This document shows positions 50,505 through 64,000 of a stretch of 64,000 bases of DNA, one piece after another. Origin of the DNA: Balanoglossus misakiensis (lineage: Eukaryota > Animalia > Hemichordata). The notes under the pieces were generated by a model. That model made no database searches and had not been told where the DNA came from. It saw only the letters and a list, made by a program, of their open reading frames with translations. How positions within the stretch are numbered: the stretch's first letter is position 1; every line of letters begins with the position of its first letter. A program made the position numbers and the translations under genes. Location: positions 10,283,483-10,347,482 of the forward strand of contig CM082582.2 in the NCBI GenBank assembly GCA_040954595.2, given 5' to 3'.

Positions 50505-51068
50505 CAAACTATGGGAGAGAAGTTCAGTCTTTTAGCTCCCGCCCCAGCTTGCTTGTTGTACATGACTTGAGTCCTCCACAAGATGAACAAAATGCCTTCG
50601 CCGGAAGATGTGTCATGAACATATCTTTTGTCATGAGAGATTTTGTAAAGAACATGCGAGACTTCCGTGATAAGATGAGCAGTACATCACTGTTGTCCCA
50701 TTTTCATCACACAGACAAATTGGTAGTAAAATATTGTTTATTTTATTTGGTAGCAAGTGACATTGGAATGAAAACAATCTATAACAGTATCAGAGTTGAT
50801 GTAGAACCTCTGATGCGAACGTCTTGGCTCAGAACACCATGGCATTCGTTGAGCAGTATCTCAACTTGGAGGACAGCAAACATCACATCACAGCCTTGTC
50901 TGTCTTTAGGCACCTGGGTCAGCTTGTCACTCGCGGCTGATGTCAGTTTGGATAAAACACCATGACACTGGCTGCAGTCATGTCCACTGTCTTAAGCATA
51001 CATGATGCAGGGTAAAACTGTTTTTTAACCAAGTTTAATTAACAGTCTTCATTGCAAGTTTCTTGTCA

Positions 51069-53687
51069 CTAGTCTAAGAAACATGTGTATGACTTGTTGG
51101 GTTCCTTCTCAAGCCTGTCCAGCAAACTGCTCAAACTTCTGTTCACCTCCACTCCTACTTTCTTGGCAGACTGTAAACAAACATAAAAAACAAATAAGCA
51201 ATTTGTTTTCTGTATCGTTTCTACTCTTTGATGATTATCTTACCTCCCCACACTTATAGTGGGCTGGTCTGGTTTGACAGGAGTATTTTGAATCAACAAG
51301 ACACGACAAACTTCCGTTAGCGTTCAGTAGCATAACTTCAATATTGTGGCGAGTAAGTCACGTTTCAGTACATGTATTTCAAAGTTCCATTTTTTTGTAC
51401 TGTTCAAATATTTCTGGGTATTTTTCCTGTTTCTTATACAGGTGTTTACACCGTGTCTTCTCTTAGTTTACATGGCCAAAAAGGTCAAGGCCAGCAGTCT
51501 GATCTTATAAAAGTGTGCTTGAAGACATTGTGTAGTTTTATGTGTGGGTGAATCACTCTTGGCATTGAGAATTAATACTGGTATGTTTGATAACTCCATA
51601 ACTAGTCATCTGGTGAGTTTTGATGGATGCTTGATATTGTACATTTCAATAGAGTTCTCTGCAAAGTTCAAGGATTTACAATTTACAGGATGCATCCATT
51701 TTCAACTGCTAGAATGCAAGACAAGGAGCTTAAAATCCTCAGATTTCATGGCTAGGTTCTGATTAAACATTGTTCTGTCCATGCAGCTGTCAATACCTTG
51801 TTTTTGCCAATGCGAACAAAAGTCGAGGGTCTCCCTAATTATGTACGACCCTGTGGTAGAAACAGGATGAACAACTCTCTTGTAGCGTGTCATGATTCCC
51901 GGTCAAACAAGCTTTCATTGTTTAATGTTTTCTTAAGAATTCTGTTGTTTTTTTTAACTTCAACATGTGCAATAGTTCTATCTTGATTGATTTTTAATTT
52001 TTTTTCTGTATTTACAACACGATGCTTGTACATTTGGCTTTGTTATACAAATAAAGTGCTTGTGTACATTGACAAATTCCAACTGAAGCGCCTCTGCTGT
52101 GATTGTTTCTGTCCAAGCCACATCATTCACGAGAACACTCCTGATGCCCATAATCCATTCTGACCAGGCAGAATGTACTATGATTATAGACCAACTGATC
52201 CTACCTCCATCATTTCAAAGACACTTTCCGGATCCAGACTGCCGCTTCCTTCCTTCCGGACGGCAGTGAATATTCCCTTTGATGTGACAGCCACCATTAG
52301 GCACGCCAGGCAACATGCCTCCTCCTCCATGGTGGCATCCACTATGTGCCTGTTTCCAATCTGAAATCAACAAAAGTCACGGTCAAGTTTAAGAAGTAGC
52401 ACAGTTGGTTTGTCATTCCCCATCACACAGTAGAACCCATATTAAATCGCTTCCGACCACTTGGTGGCGCTGTTAGATAACCAGACAATCAGCAAATTGT
52501 TGCTGACAAGGAGGGCTTGCAGATACATTTTTCTTACCTTGCTCACTGTCACCAAACATGGAGTGTTTGAAATGTCAATTCTACTGCAATCATGTGGGTC
52601 ATCGGAAAGTTCTATTTCTTGCTGTCCGCCATCATCCATAGTAACAGTAACATTTGGAATCCTTAAAAAAGAATGGGAATATTCAATTGGTATACAGAAA
52701 CCTAAATCACACTTGTCAATTTTATCTTTATTGGCCACACCAAAACACCTGAGAAAACACAGTTCCGTACTTTGTATTGTGTAGAGCTGCTTTAATAGCA
52801 ATAGATACGGCATCAAAGAGATTCCCACCACACTCCAGTATCACAACATCAATGTAGATCACCCAGCATGTCTCCTTGGGCATAATACACAGGGATTTCA
52901 GATCGACTGCATTTTTGTTGTCGTAGATCCTTTGGATGGTATTTGATAGTTCTGTCGCCAGGTCATCGCCACCTCGACCTTCAAACTCAGGAGCTGCATT
53001 GGCTGAACAGTCCACAAAGAACTCAAGGTACCCTTCATTGGGTCGCTCCGGCTTGGGAGTGCCCATTTCAGCCTTGATGCCGACCAGAATGTCTGTGTTT
53101 GAAAGCTTCAGCCTGGCTGAACCGCTTGTATTTGATACAACATCACATTGCAGTTCCATGATCCGGTACTCCTCGCAGCTGCGTCCATCGGTCCGTAAAC
53201 CATCCTGTACACAAACAAGCAGAAAGCACAACTAATTTATGTCTCAAAGCTGAGTTTGGAATCTTGAACATTTGACAAAGTTCCTCCATCAATGTTGGGA
53301 GTGCAAGTTTGTTCTCTTGTCAGAATGCTACCACCTTTTACATTCACGGAATAGCTTGAATGGGCCTTCTTTTATTTTGAAAAAAAGACATTTATTACAT
53401 TTAACAGATGGAAACTGAATGTAGAAGGAAATCATTGGCTGGCAATAGACATTGCCAGTGTACACAAGTACAGAGCGCCCTCCCAGAACACATATATGCC
53501 AGTGCAGCTAGCACAGTGTAAACATCACTGAACACGGTGTGTATATCCATTGCACTCTAATAACTCCTTTGTAAGTTCATATAAATAGTTAAATTGTAAA
53601 TAGTGGAGTACATTTTTCAAGCTGACGTACCTGCACTCCGTGTAAAATGAATGTTTTCTGCGCTTCGCTCAACAACACGGAAGCCAT
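51069..53687 (-). CDS. EXOSC7: Exosome complex component RRP42 (RNase PH family), complete, 290 aa
   Basis: Exons 53687-53631 (MASVLLSEAQKTFILHGVQ), 53204-52771 (DGLRTDGRSCEEYR...GSARLKL...EFFVDCSANAAPEFEGRGG...DAVSIAIKAALHNT), 52661-52538, 52360-52205 (IGNRHIVDATMEEEAC...) and 51170-51069 (stop TAG) total 873 nt with consistent phases. Confidence 0.96.
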
Positions 53688-54101
53688 GCCGAAAGACGAT
53701 TGTGCACATGGACCTCTGACGTCATCTAAATAGGTGTGTAATGCCCTCTATCTCATTGTTAAATATTTCTATATCATAAATATTATCTGAACCAATACCG
53801 ATCTCACACACTTGGATCCTAGTTTGTTTACACTGGTTTTCACATTGTAGCTCCATTTCAGTGTTACTTTGCGAGGACGTCTATCAGTATACCGGAATTT
53901 CACGTTATCGTGACGCCAGGTTACTAATTGAGTTAGTTAGGGTGTCCGGTGGCATACTCTCCAGCGACAAGGATCCACCGGATCGGACCATTATTATTAC
54001 ATCAGGGAATCGGAGATCGTGTCGTCTTAAGCGAGCGGATCCTTTATTATTTTTTCTTTCTAAACTGAGTGTGAGTGTACATATATGCTGGAGTGTGAAC
54101 C
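53688..54101. promoter_or_regulatory. Bidirectional promoter between EXOSC7 and the ZDHHC3/7-like gene
   Basis: Only 414 bp separate the divergent ATGs. The region carries a CRE TGACGTCA at 53717-53724 and is CpG-richer toward the plus-strand gene. Confidence 0.65.
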
Positions 54102-55064
54102 ATGGCCACGCAGCGCACCGGGAGTGAACGCGATCGCGAAGCGACTGGTTCAGCCATGTCGAGCAGTCTTACGATAGAGAGCTTGAGGGCGGCCAAACCT
54201 GAGTGAGTAAACACTAAATTACTAACATACAGTGAATCATTGAATGATCGCGATCGCCGCTTGAAGTTTAAAGCGGAAAATAATGTGTAAAAGCGTTGAT
54301 GAAGGCAGTAACGGAATAGTTGCTATGGCAACAGTAGTGGTATCAACCACTTATCACCAACTCTATACAAAGACTGCCATTGTCGATTTCAACTAACCAA
54401 GAAATGTACTACTACTAGCAATATAACCCAGTTACATTGCATTGTACTATATGATGAATCCATGACTCGGAAAACAAAACAAAAAGAGAATAGATGTGCT
54501 GTAACAAGATAAATTGTGGAATGGGAATCTAAGTGGCTTACAATAATGCCAATACATGTATAAGGAAGTTAATAATAAGTAATAATATGTCAGGAGTAAA
54601 ATTAATCTTATAATAGTACTGATTATCAGAAAACTATGACACTATTTATCAGGGTTATTGTTATAGTTAGGTGTAATCAACACAGGTAAAACTATACACT
54701 TGTACGTATATACCGGTACATGCATACATAGTCATACATGTATGTATGGACTATGTACGTATATACACATCTATACACATGAGCAAGAGAGTGAGAGAGA
54801 AAGACTACCATTGAACCTTGAAGTTTAAAGTGTACAGTGATAACGTCTTTAATTTTATCCTCTTGAGTTTTACTTGAGAACGACATTTTATCACTTGGCA
54901 GGCCGACTACTATGCAACTAGTCCCAGTCCATCCGGACGCTGAACAAAAAGCACAGCTAGCTAAAAGACACCACCCAGAAGATTTCCAGACAAGACTCAA
55001 TTACTGCTGCAAGTGTTTTGGCTTTACCAAACTGATGGGATGTGATAAGACCTGGTTTATACAG
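54102..55064 (+). CDS. ZDHHC3: Probable palmitoyltransferase ZDHHC3/7 orthologue, first two coding exons; the rest appears to lie beyond the right edge
   Basis: Exon 54102-54202 (MATQRTGSERDREATGSAMSSSLTIESLRAAKP, GTGAGT donor, phase 2) splices in frame to 54902-55064 (EPTTMQLVPVHPDAEQKAQLAKRHHPEDFQTRLNYCCKCFGFTKLMGCDKTWFIQ, GTAAGT donor). The terminal WFIQ resembles the WFIRDGCG motif before TM1 of ZDHHC3/7, and vertebrate ZDHHC3 is head-to-head with EXOSC7. The DHHC domain is not in the window, so the identity is inferred. Confidence 0.6.
54319..54332. promoter_or_regulatory. RFX X-box consensus site in intron 1 of the ZDHHC3/7-like gene
   Basis: GTTGCTATGGCAAC is one mismatch from the perfect palindrome GTTGCCATGGCAAC and lies about 120 bp into intron 1. 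Confidence 0.45.
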
Positions 55065-55575
55065 GTAAGTGACTTTGCGATGTTAAGTTTCGTATTTTTT
55101 TGCATTTTGTTGGTAATGATTTTTCTCATCTTCTAGATTGAATCTCCCTGCAACATGTGTTGCTGATCTATTTCTTCAGTGGCAGGCAAGTCATCTCTCT
55201 TCATCCATCATAGCTTTCTTCCGGGCACAACAATAAAGAACAAGCTACCCACTGTGTAAAGTTATCATCTGCACTTGTGTTAAATTGCCCTCATATCAAA
55301 TCAATAATTCAATATGCGATTTCTGTTTTCAGTCTCCCTGGTACAATTTGGCGACAGTTGCTACGAGCCAATTTCCTTGTGCTGTGGCAGTTGCGCTTGT
55401 GATCTGTAGTGAAGTAGATCTGTGTTTTTTTAATAGCTTTGCAAATAAAACAAGCCACTCAGCCATATTGAGTTCTTGTGGACTTTCCACACAAATGGTC
55501 AGTTCACATGGGCATTTACATCACTGACTGGCTATTATCTGCATCAATGCATAATTAACTCGATTGTCTGCCAAC

Positions 55576-55591
55576 ATGCGCGCACGCATGC

Positions 55592-55622
<31 letters not shown>
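55576..55622 (+). repeat. Alternating purine-pyrimidine (CA/CG) microsatellite
   Basis: catgcgcgcacgcatgcacacacacgcgcgcgcacacacacacacacaca. Confidence 0.9.
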
Positions 55623-58600
55623 AATTTATGTATATTTCTGTGTATATCGCCTGCTGTTTCTAATTCTAAAAGAACGTTTGCCGACAATTGAATTAGAGTC
55701 TGGGTTTCTAAGGAATTATCAGCAGCAGACGATATGCATTACATGTATACGTATCCTCTAGGTAAATTGAATTCTGGCCATTGCAACAGTCTTTTGAGGC
55801 GACAACAATGCCGTGGAATGGATAACAAGTTACAACTCCAGTCTGTACAAATAATTAATGATTCAACAAACTCTAAATCTGTAAGTACAGAAAAGCGGTC
55901 ATAGAAATCATATCCCCATTGGGGTATAGATTTCAGGAAATAGTGAAAGCCACGCACAAATACTACACAGTATTAATCTGACAAATACTACGAACAAAAG
56001 AACGGTTTATCACTGAAAGTACCAAAGTTTTAAGACTTCCAGACTGTGTGTGTAAAGTATTGATGATGAGAACAAAGTCTTCTTTTTCAACACAAGATGA
56101 AGAAAAGTCAGCCATTTTACATCTTCATAACAGACTTGAGCTGTTTCATATTGAAAGACACAGTTTGCTTCTGTTCTGGGAGCAAAGAAAAAAATAAAGC
56201 AACTCAGCATGAGAAAGTGATACGTTAAATAAATAAATAACTACATAAAAAACTTGAAAGGAGACACTCTATTATTTCAAATTTATTGTTACATTTCAAC
56301 AAGTCATGGTTATGAGATCATAAATTGCTTATACTCGTAAAATTGTGACGTAAAATGAATATTGAAACAGCCATAAAATCATGTGTTTAATATGCAATCA
56401 TATTTTGTGCCAGAGAGGCATTCATGTAGAATTAAAAAATGCAGCCTTATCAAACACTGCTGAAATTACATTTAAATGGTAGAGAGTATAATGTGCTCAT
56501 TTCATCTTTTTGCAATTGACATTTGAAATTAATTCTGGTTGTACGTAGGCATGAATATTGTTTTACCATATAGCTTTCATTGTCAACTGCTGCATCACAG
56601 GCAAGTTGACATTTCAAAGCCGCAAAATAGAAATATTGGAATACAGACTCACAAAGTGGACAAATAGAAATGGGAAATTTGACACTGTCATAAAATTACT
56701 GTTTATGTATTTCATGTGACAACTCACTGGTTCTATAATCCTGCTCTAAACCTATCAGACCTCACAGACATGCCATACACTCTGACTCCACCTGTACCGT
56801 GACGTTTTTATTAAAACTGCATTAATCATGGTATTTTTGAGAGACCGTCGTTTCCATGGCTAATTGAGTATTAATAAGGTTGTTGCTGTGGAGATGTATC
56901 CCATGGTGCAATGTGAGAGCCTGATTAGTCGTTCTTTGGCATTTTGCACACGTGTTGTACCGAAAGAATGGGCAGAGTTTGCGTATGTGAATATCATCGC
57001 AGACTCGACCCATTTGCGGGTGACTCCAATTCACTGATGGTAATCCTCGCTGAGCAATCGTAATCTCAGAGTGGAATTCACAAATTCACAGGAGAGGTGT
57101 TGCAAATCCCAGTGCATGTTTATCAAGTGCGTCCTGTGATGTTTTGATGGCCGTGCATTGATGCACAGAAGAGTGTCAAGGATAATTCCACTACAGAACA
57201 AGATGACACACTGACTGAAGAAGTCAAATGATGATCATATTCAAAACATGTACAGAAAGCATGTGCAATATCTGTTCTTAGGTACAAGTATATGTATTTG
57301 GTTTTTAATTATCATCTACAGGATGGCAAACCTCTTTGTTTTTTCTCTCGATCTCTTTAGTCAGTAAAATGAATCCACACATGCCAAGCTCAATAAAAAT
57401 ATGAAAAGGTGTTTGTATGACTCATTCTGAAAATCTAATTTAAAACCACCTTCTGGTGATCAGCTCGGTTTTTTGTGTGTCATACAAGAACCAATTTGTG
57501 GCATTTTGTTCAGAACCTATTGTACAGGTTTTGTTACCTACCTACTAGATAGCTGAAACAGATAAATCACTCAATGTCATTTCTTCAAAAATCTCATACT
57601 GAATTATTGATGTGTTGTGTAAAGCTTTAAGTGAGAACCGTGCACTGAGGATTGATCAATATGATCTTCGGTGATGCTGCTTCTGAGTTCCGACAAGTGA
57701 AAATTACCAAATAATTTCATTCATGTTACAATGCAATCAGCCAATGCAGTTCCGTTAATGCTTCCTTGCCCCATGGTCTCCCAGGCATCTCTGTTTCGGT
57801 GTCCACATGTATTCACCATCACATTGTTTTGAGATAGAAATGTTGAGCGTTTTCCAAGATGGCACAAAACTGTTGCTATGGGAACCAGTCAGTGAAATTG
57901 AGGCAGCCGTGTCCTTGTTACTGGCATTATTTGTGGCAGGCCCTGCAACATGATTTGCTGCCATGGGCAACATCAGCACAAGGATATTCTATCAAAATTT
58001 AAGGGGCTATCAATGAGGATTATACCCACGGAAATGTTAACTTTTTATCATGTACTTTATCTCCCGTAAATCTTTTTACTCACGTGAGTCTGATACCCTC
58101 TGGCAGAGTAGAAAGTCACCCTGCCTTAGTTCCTTTATAGTAGACAGAAACGTACAATGATGAGTATAGCTGAAAATGGACATTATATTACTACAGAAAT
58201 ACCAAAAGAATACATATAGAATACATGTATGTTATTTTGAAAACCAATCAACTGGTTTATGTGTCTGCATTGCTGTTGATTCCATATCAAAAATTGCAGA
58301 AATCCTCCTCTGTGAAAAATATAACTACCTGTTCTCGATATAACTAAGTGAAGCCATGGCTTTGAGTATCTGAAAATTTCTTGTCTCATTATGCCACATT
58401 TCAGTGTAGATGGCAGATGAATGCAACAGCGCAGGTGTTTCTGACATTTCGCAAGTGTGAGTTCTCGGTGGCTGAATTTATAGTTTGAACTTTCCTTTGT
58501 AGTTCGTAGTTCAAGATTTTCCCCCTTTTGAACTGAGAGTAATGCACATCAGAAACAAAATCTGTTGTCTTATTATTTGAGTTGTCTGGTGTTTGGCATC

Positions 58601-61600
58601 ACTGATTATTGCAGGTGATATAGAAACTGGGTGTACTGTATACCTGCAAATTTGTCAGAAGACGTACTCAGTTTTAACAGTGGTATCGTGTGTGTACAGC
58701 GTACACTGGATGTGCCGTGGGGAAATAACTTACAGCTCCAGCACTGATGACTATTAGCGTCAAGAACAAGTTTCCTGCGCACCCTAGGGATGCTGTTCTA
58801 CACTACAAGGAGGTGGCCAAGGTTGTCTGACCTGACCAGAGTATTCTGCCGTCTTATTAGCCTAATTTGCTACCTGTGGCATGATGTTATCAGATGACGA
58901 GTGCAATTTCGTTGATCCCCACTAGGTCTTCACTGATGTTGTCTCCTCCTCCTCTTCTTTTAACAAATGTGCCGTCGGCTGCTTCGTGTACATGTAGTTA
59001 TTTCTCTAAATCTAACGATTTCTAGCCAGGTCCGTTGCTTTCGTCTGTTGCCAACTGTTAGCAACCACCCTCATTTTTTCACACCCTCAGTTTTCATCTA
59101 CCATCCTGCTTTTGTATTTTAGTTGACTTTTCCATATTACACTGGTTAGCTTTTGTTATGATTTCTCCTTGTCAATAAAATCAAAATCGCATTGTAAAGA
59201 CACATGCCAATTACATGCATGAATCCTGCGAGAGCACTAGTTTTCAAGTTATCCATGTATATCGACCGTGTTGTATCATTTTATGTTTTCGCTCGTTATC
59301 AAGGATGTATTAATTTAGCTGAAAGGACAGCGTCACCATGGTGTATCGTGATGTTAGGGATTCTTTAAATAAGTGAGTCTTCTAAAATTAGCAAATTCAT
59401 TTCTCTAACTGGTATTAAAGTAGCTAACACAGTGTTCTAGCTGAAAAGACATGTTTTATTCCATAGTATTACTTCATGAAACGCAAAATTTAAATTTAGC
59501 AACTTCTCGCTCACACTGTGAGCTGCAGTTTGTGCGTATTATTCTGGAAGACGGTTTACTGCTACCTAGCAGGAGTCGAGACATTGCCTCTGATGAGTCA
59601 GCTCATTACCATGGCGACAAACAGTCAATTAGCAGTCGTGAGTCTGGACTTCATTTGCTATTTTCGACCCCTCGGAAATGAAAAGCCTTTTCATGTAGCA
59701 CCAATCACGTGACGAGGGCACTGCGTGCAATTTACTATGAAGAAAAATTAAATTAGTGATTTTTGAAAAAGTCTCTGTCCATCTTGTCATCACTAGGAAT
59801 GATATCAGTATACAGTGTTACCATGTCACTGAGCTTCCTATATACTCTATGACAAGATTCAGTGGTGTTACAAGCTTCAAGAAAATCCTCTCGAGTACAT
59901 GTATAGGGAGGTTATTAACTTTTTACCATCCCATTACCATTAGCGTGTAAGAACCTTCCACTGAGTACTTGATTCTCCTAATTTCCTTTTTAAACACTTT
60001 CGCGCACCTTCCACATCAAAGCCTTGCAGAATCCTAGACCCTGGAATTCTCAAGGGTCTTTGGCGAAATCTTAGAATTTTCGAAATCAGCCGTGGTATCA
60101 GCATCATTGATAGTACACTCTTAAGTACCACAGCTGTACGTGATATGTGTCTCTAAATCCATGGTGTATTGTACATGTAGGTGTTGGGGTATGTCAGGTA
60201 TATAGCTGTGTGAAGTTGTTTCCGCATAGCCTTCTCCACAGAAGACTGGCGTAGTTAGCGTGCATCATTTAAGATTCTGGAGTGTGAGCTTGTTTTAGAT
60301 GAGATTCTTCTTGAGGACTGATGTTTATTATTTAACACGTGACAGGACTGTTTAAAAAGCATATGCGGGTGATCAGTGTGTGTGTGTGTCAGCAATATAG
60401 ATTTGTAAAATTACTTCCGTAATGAGATGACCTCAGAGAAAGGGAAAACACTGACGACATTGTAACATCTTTTCTGATCAACTGTAGCAGCTGCTGTGGT
60501 CGATTTTTTTCTCCGTTTATGACATAAAATTGATAGTTTTAAATATTGATTGCTCATTGAATGGAAGGGAATTCGGAATATCCTCAGTGCATTGAAAGAT
60601 AATGTCAAACAAATCCAGTGCTCAGAGGATGAAAAAAGTTCTGGTCTGTCTTCTTACAGTGGCATAGAGGGTGATGCCTAGACTCCAACATAGAGGTGTA
60701 AATTTGAATATGTCACCAGGATCTGAGGCATGAGAGGGTACTGTTTTATATGTCAAAGCATTGCCCTGCAGTGATTGGTCGGTAGTAAGACGTTCAAGCA
60801 GGTGGTTCAGTCGGTGTAATCTAAATCTGCAAAGAGCAAGTTCCAAGAGTGGGGTTGGCAATTCAGACGCGGCCACCAGCTGTGGAAGTCGTTATGTGAG
60901 GCATAAAAATGTAGTCATAAAAATGAGTGACGAGGGTAACAGGTAGTTTGTGCCATGTTCAAATCTTGAATTGCCAATATTTGAGTTGTGGAGTCTATCA
61001 GATTGGAGAAAGATGATGTCAAGCCCAGCTGCAAGGAATTGCAAAACACACATGATGATCAGCTAGTGTAGGAGCCGTATAATATCAGCCCAATTTGATA
61101 ATGTGTGAAAACAGGCGCCTGACAGACCGTGCAACAAGCTCAGATGCGGCGGTTTCTGCAGGGGAAAATGGATGGTACATGTAATCAAAAGGTCAAAGAG
61201 GAGTCATGAGGACTTCTAACAGAAGCACTTTCCAATGCCAGACATCCATCTGCGAGATTGAAATAAGTCTCCGTTCGATGCTTTTTTCCCCGCTGATTAC
61301 TCATTCCCCGAAGACATCAGTTTCTTTTACTCGATGTGTTACCCCTGAAGAGATGTACAATTTCCCTCGCTCTGATGAAATTTGCCGGTGTTTATAAAAG
61401 GAAAACAGTGTTGTCATTCCGAGGGTTCGTCGGTAATGATACTTGGGATCGTTTTTAATAAAGGAAGGGAGCCTCTCTCTCCCGGGGCGTATTAATCATC
61501 TGTTAGTTCCACTTCGAGGCGAATGGAACGATTTTTGAAGGTTTTGGAACCCATGTGTGTTCAATGCTTGTATATGCAATCAATGGATACAGACTGTTCA

Positions 61601-62274
61601 GGTATGTTTTGCAGAGGAAGATGACACTGTCTTGTGTAATTTCACGACTACATGTACTGGTATCCCTGGTTACTTGATTGCAGGTACATGTACTCATGTA
61701 TATTTGATGCCAAGCGCACACCATGTCATACTGCCCCGAGATAAACGAATAGAACTCTAATCTTTGCACACTAAATGTTTTTGCCTGGTCGTGTTTCATA
61801 TATTTTCAGTGATCTTGTTTCACTCATAGGTTGTGCAGCTCTCATTAGTGAGTCGCCTCACAGCGAAAACAAGTGTTATCATCTCATGAATTACAAAATA
61901 TTTTGTTTGTTTAAAATTGCTTCAAGAACTGGACTACATGACTTCATGTAGTTCCGTTAAATCAGAATTCTGTTTTCTTTCGTAGTTTGTGGGTTCAGTT
62001 GCTTTCATCTGTTGGTAAGGCCGCACTGGATTAGTTGGATTTCAGTTTGTGCGTCTTCCGAGAGAAGTGCTCTAGGGTAGACCCGAGAGATGATCATCAC
62101 ATTGTGATATGATACAGAACATTCGGTGAGGTTTTCGTGATTGAATTCCAGCTCATCTCACGACGCACAAATAATTCATCATTCAGGTTGCTAGTGATAG
62201 CACCCCTGTCTGGCCGCCAGGAAAGCATGCAGTCTCCCACGCAGCAATCTTCAAAACTGACATTTCATTTTGTC

Positions 62275-62299
62275 GAGAGAGAGGAGAGAGAGAGAGAGG
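62275..62299 (+). repeat. (GA)n microsatellite
   Basis: gagagagaggagagagagagagagg. Confidence 0.85.
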
Positions 62300-64000
62300 T
62301 CCCTTTATACATGTTCTGTTGATTTCTGTGTACAATAAATTTCTGTCATGGCTCCGAAGTCATAAAACTGATTCCTACTTTTCCACTAATTCCCAATTCA
62401 TTGGGGTATCCATTAAATGTAATTGGACTGAGGACGCTTCTGGGATAACTCTTTACTACAACACTATCCCCACATGTTTATCCTCAGTCTTGATTCCCGC
62501 GCTAGATGGGCAATTTCAGTTACCACGGCAACACACCATTTCAGGTGTTCGCCATTGCATCCTTTGATCCTTTCCAAGAAGCCCCCAGAGCGCCGAATCC
62601 ATTCCCCATGGTAACCACGTGGCATTAAAGATGGAATTGTGCTCTCACGCAGCTGTGGAGAGGAAATCTCGGAGAAACCACGGCGACGATAAAGTAAACC
62701 ATACCTGGTCCTGGTCTTTATGAGAATATTTCTGAGAGTTAGTCCCGCGAAATGGCACCCTGATGTAATACATGTAAACATTGTTGAAAGTTGAGACGCA
62801 GTGGTTTACCAATGGATGATCGTAATTTGAACGGAGCTTACTATTAAAGTGTGTGCTGCCCAGAGAATATCAAGAAACTTCAGGATGAATTTCCAAGTAA
62901 CAGCCCAAAGTGCAACTTGTTTATCAATCGCGAGAGATTAATTGCACAACGTTTTTTTACAGTTCCACTGGGTGTAATTGGATTTGGTAGACTGTGGTGC
63001 TATGTCATACAGGTCTCCTAAGGTCAACCCTGTACTTCCACCGTACCAGCTTCAAATGTCAGTTTGGTATCAAGGCCATTAAATTAATATGATTCAGATT
63101 CTGTCAAAATGAAATAAGATTGAGTTGCTTTGCCTAGTCAGGGAAAACCCGTAAATGTCTGTTTCTCGGCGCAGTTTGGACATCTCGGAGCCATGATTCT
63201 CAATCACATCAGGATGAAATACAACTGATCGCGCTGTGCTGTGATCTTTTGTATTTTAGTTTGCTTATCTCCATGTCTGTGATTGAGGAGCAGGTCATAC
63301 AAAGCACAGGAGAGAGAAACCAGATTGAGACAGTCAGGTTTAGTTCAAGCGGACCCATTCTAATTGGTAGCAATATGTCATATTGTAATACTCTGATCCG
63401 TATTCACAAAACAACAGTGACAGTTTTCCATTTTTCAAATATATGCAGTCAATATGAAAACCCGCATCAGGTTTTGAGACAATTCAGACATCCAGCTGGC
63501 GATGTACATCCTCCATCAACCAGTGGTTTGTGTCTGAGTTGTATCTTTACCATTTATAACGCATGGACCTGTTTCAGAGTCTGGGTGATAAAAAAAATGA
63601 TGTAGGTGTAGTCTGTGAATTATGCTTGCGTAGATTTTGGTTCTCCAGACAACACAAGCTGCGATGGTCGGCTAGGCTTTCACTGTAGCTCATTTTGTAC
63701 ATGAATAAATCCATTTTTCACGTTTTTGTACAGAGGTCGCTGAGGTATTGGTTGCTTGCAGCAGTGAGTACATCTGATGAATATTAAACACAAGAATAAC
63801 TAAAACCACACAGTGTATGCATGACTGCAATTGATAATTTCTTTTTCAATTACGTAGTTTATTAAAGAAAGTATTTGTTAGTTTCTCTTAATTTTTGCCT
63901 GAGCTATCTCTTTAAGGCAATAGAATCCCATGACACATCAAAGCTGCATCTTGTCAGGGGATTTTCAAAGGCGGAACGGCGCGATAAGAAAACAGAAACA

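Noticed and set aside
58157-58175. C/D-box-like ATGATGA...CTGA
   Set aside because: The boxes are too close together and there is no terminal stem. No snoRNA or tRNA could be supported anywhere in the window.
55065-64000. Searched for the next ZDHHC exon (expected to start D-x-C-G) and for nested genes
   Set aside because: Candidate acceptors (55136, 55332, 57321, 58614, 61829, 63012) do not give a ZDHHC-like frame; for example 57322 reads DGKPLCFFSRSL*. I treat the region as a long intron.

Overview
This is eukaryotic genomic DNA from an intron-rich, AT-rich animal genome, most likely an invertebrate bilaterian; the species cannot be determined from the sequence. I reconstructed five spliced protein-coding genes by hand from GT-AG boundaries and reading-frame continuity. 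(1) The 5' part of CMIP (minus strand, 6 exons, running off the left edge). (2) A complete MBTPS1/site-1 protease (minus, 22 coding exons, about 1076 aa). (3) An uncharacterised gene of about 768 aa, head-to-head with MBTPS1. It has a large acidic N-terminus and a C-terminal domain with an apparent papain/C39-like Gln-Cys-His-Asn catalytic set, and is the best candidate for undescribed biology here. (4) A complete EXOSC7/RRP42 (minus, 5 exons, 290 aa). (5) The first two coding exons of a probable ZDHHC3/7 palmitoyltransferase (plus), head-to-head with EXOSC7. Non-coding highlights are a uORF-packed MBTPS1 leader, a probable antisense overlap between the peptidase-like gene and EXOSC7, a 1.5-kb hairpin-capped element with inverted repeats in a CMIP intron, and strong over-representation of TACATGTA (possible Tc1/mariner excision footprints). 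I found no rRNA, tRNA or CRISPR array. Most ORFs in the supplied track are spurious or are exon fragments. All homology calls come from remembered family sequences, not from database searches.
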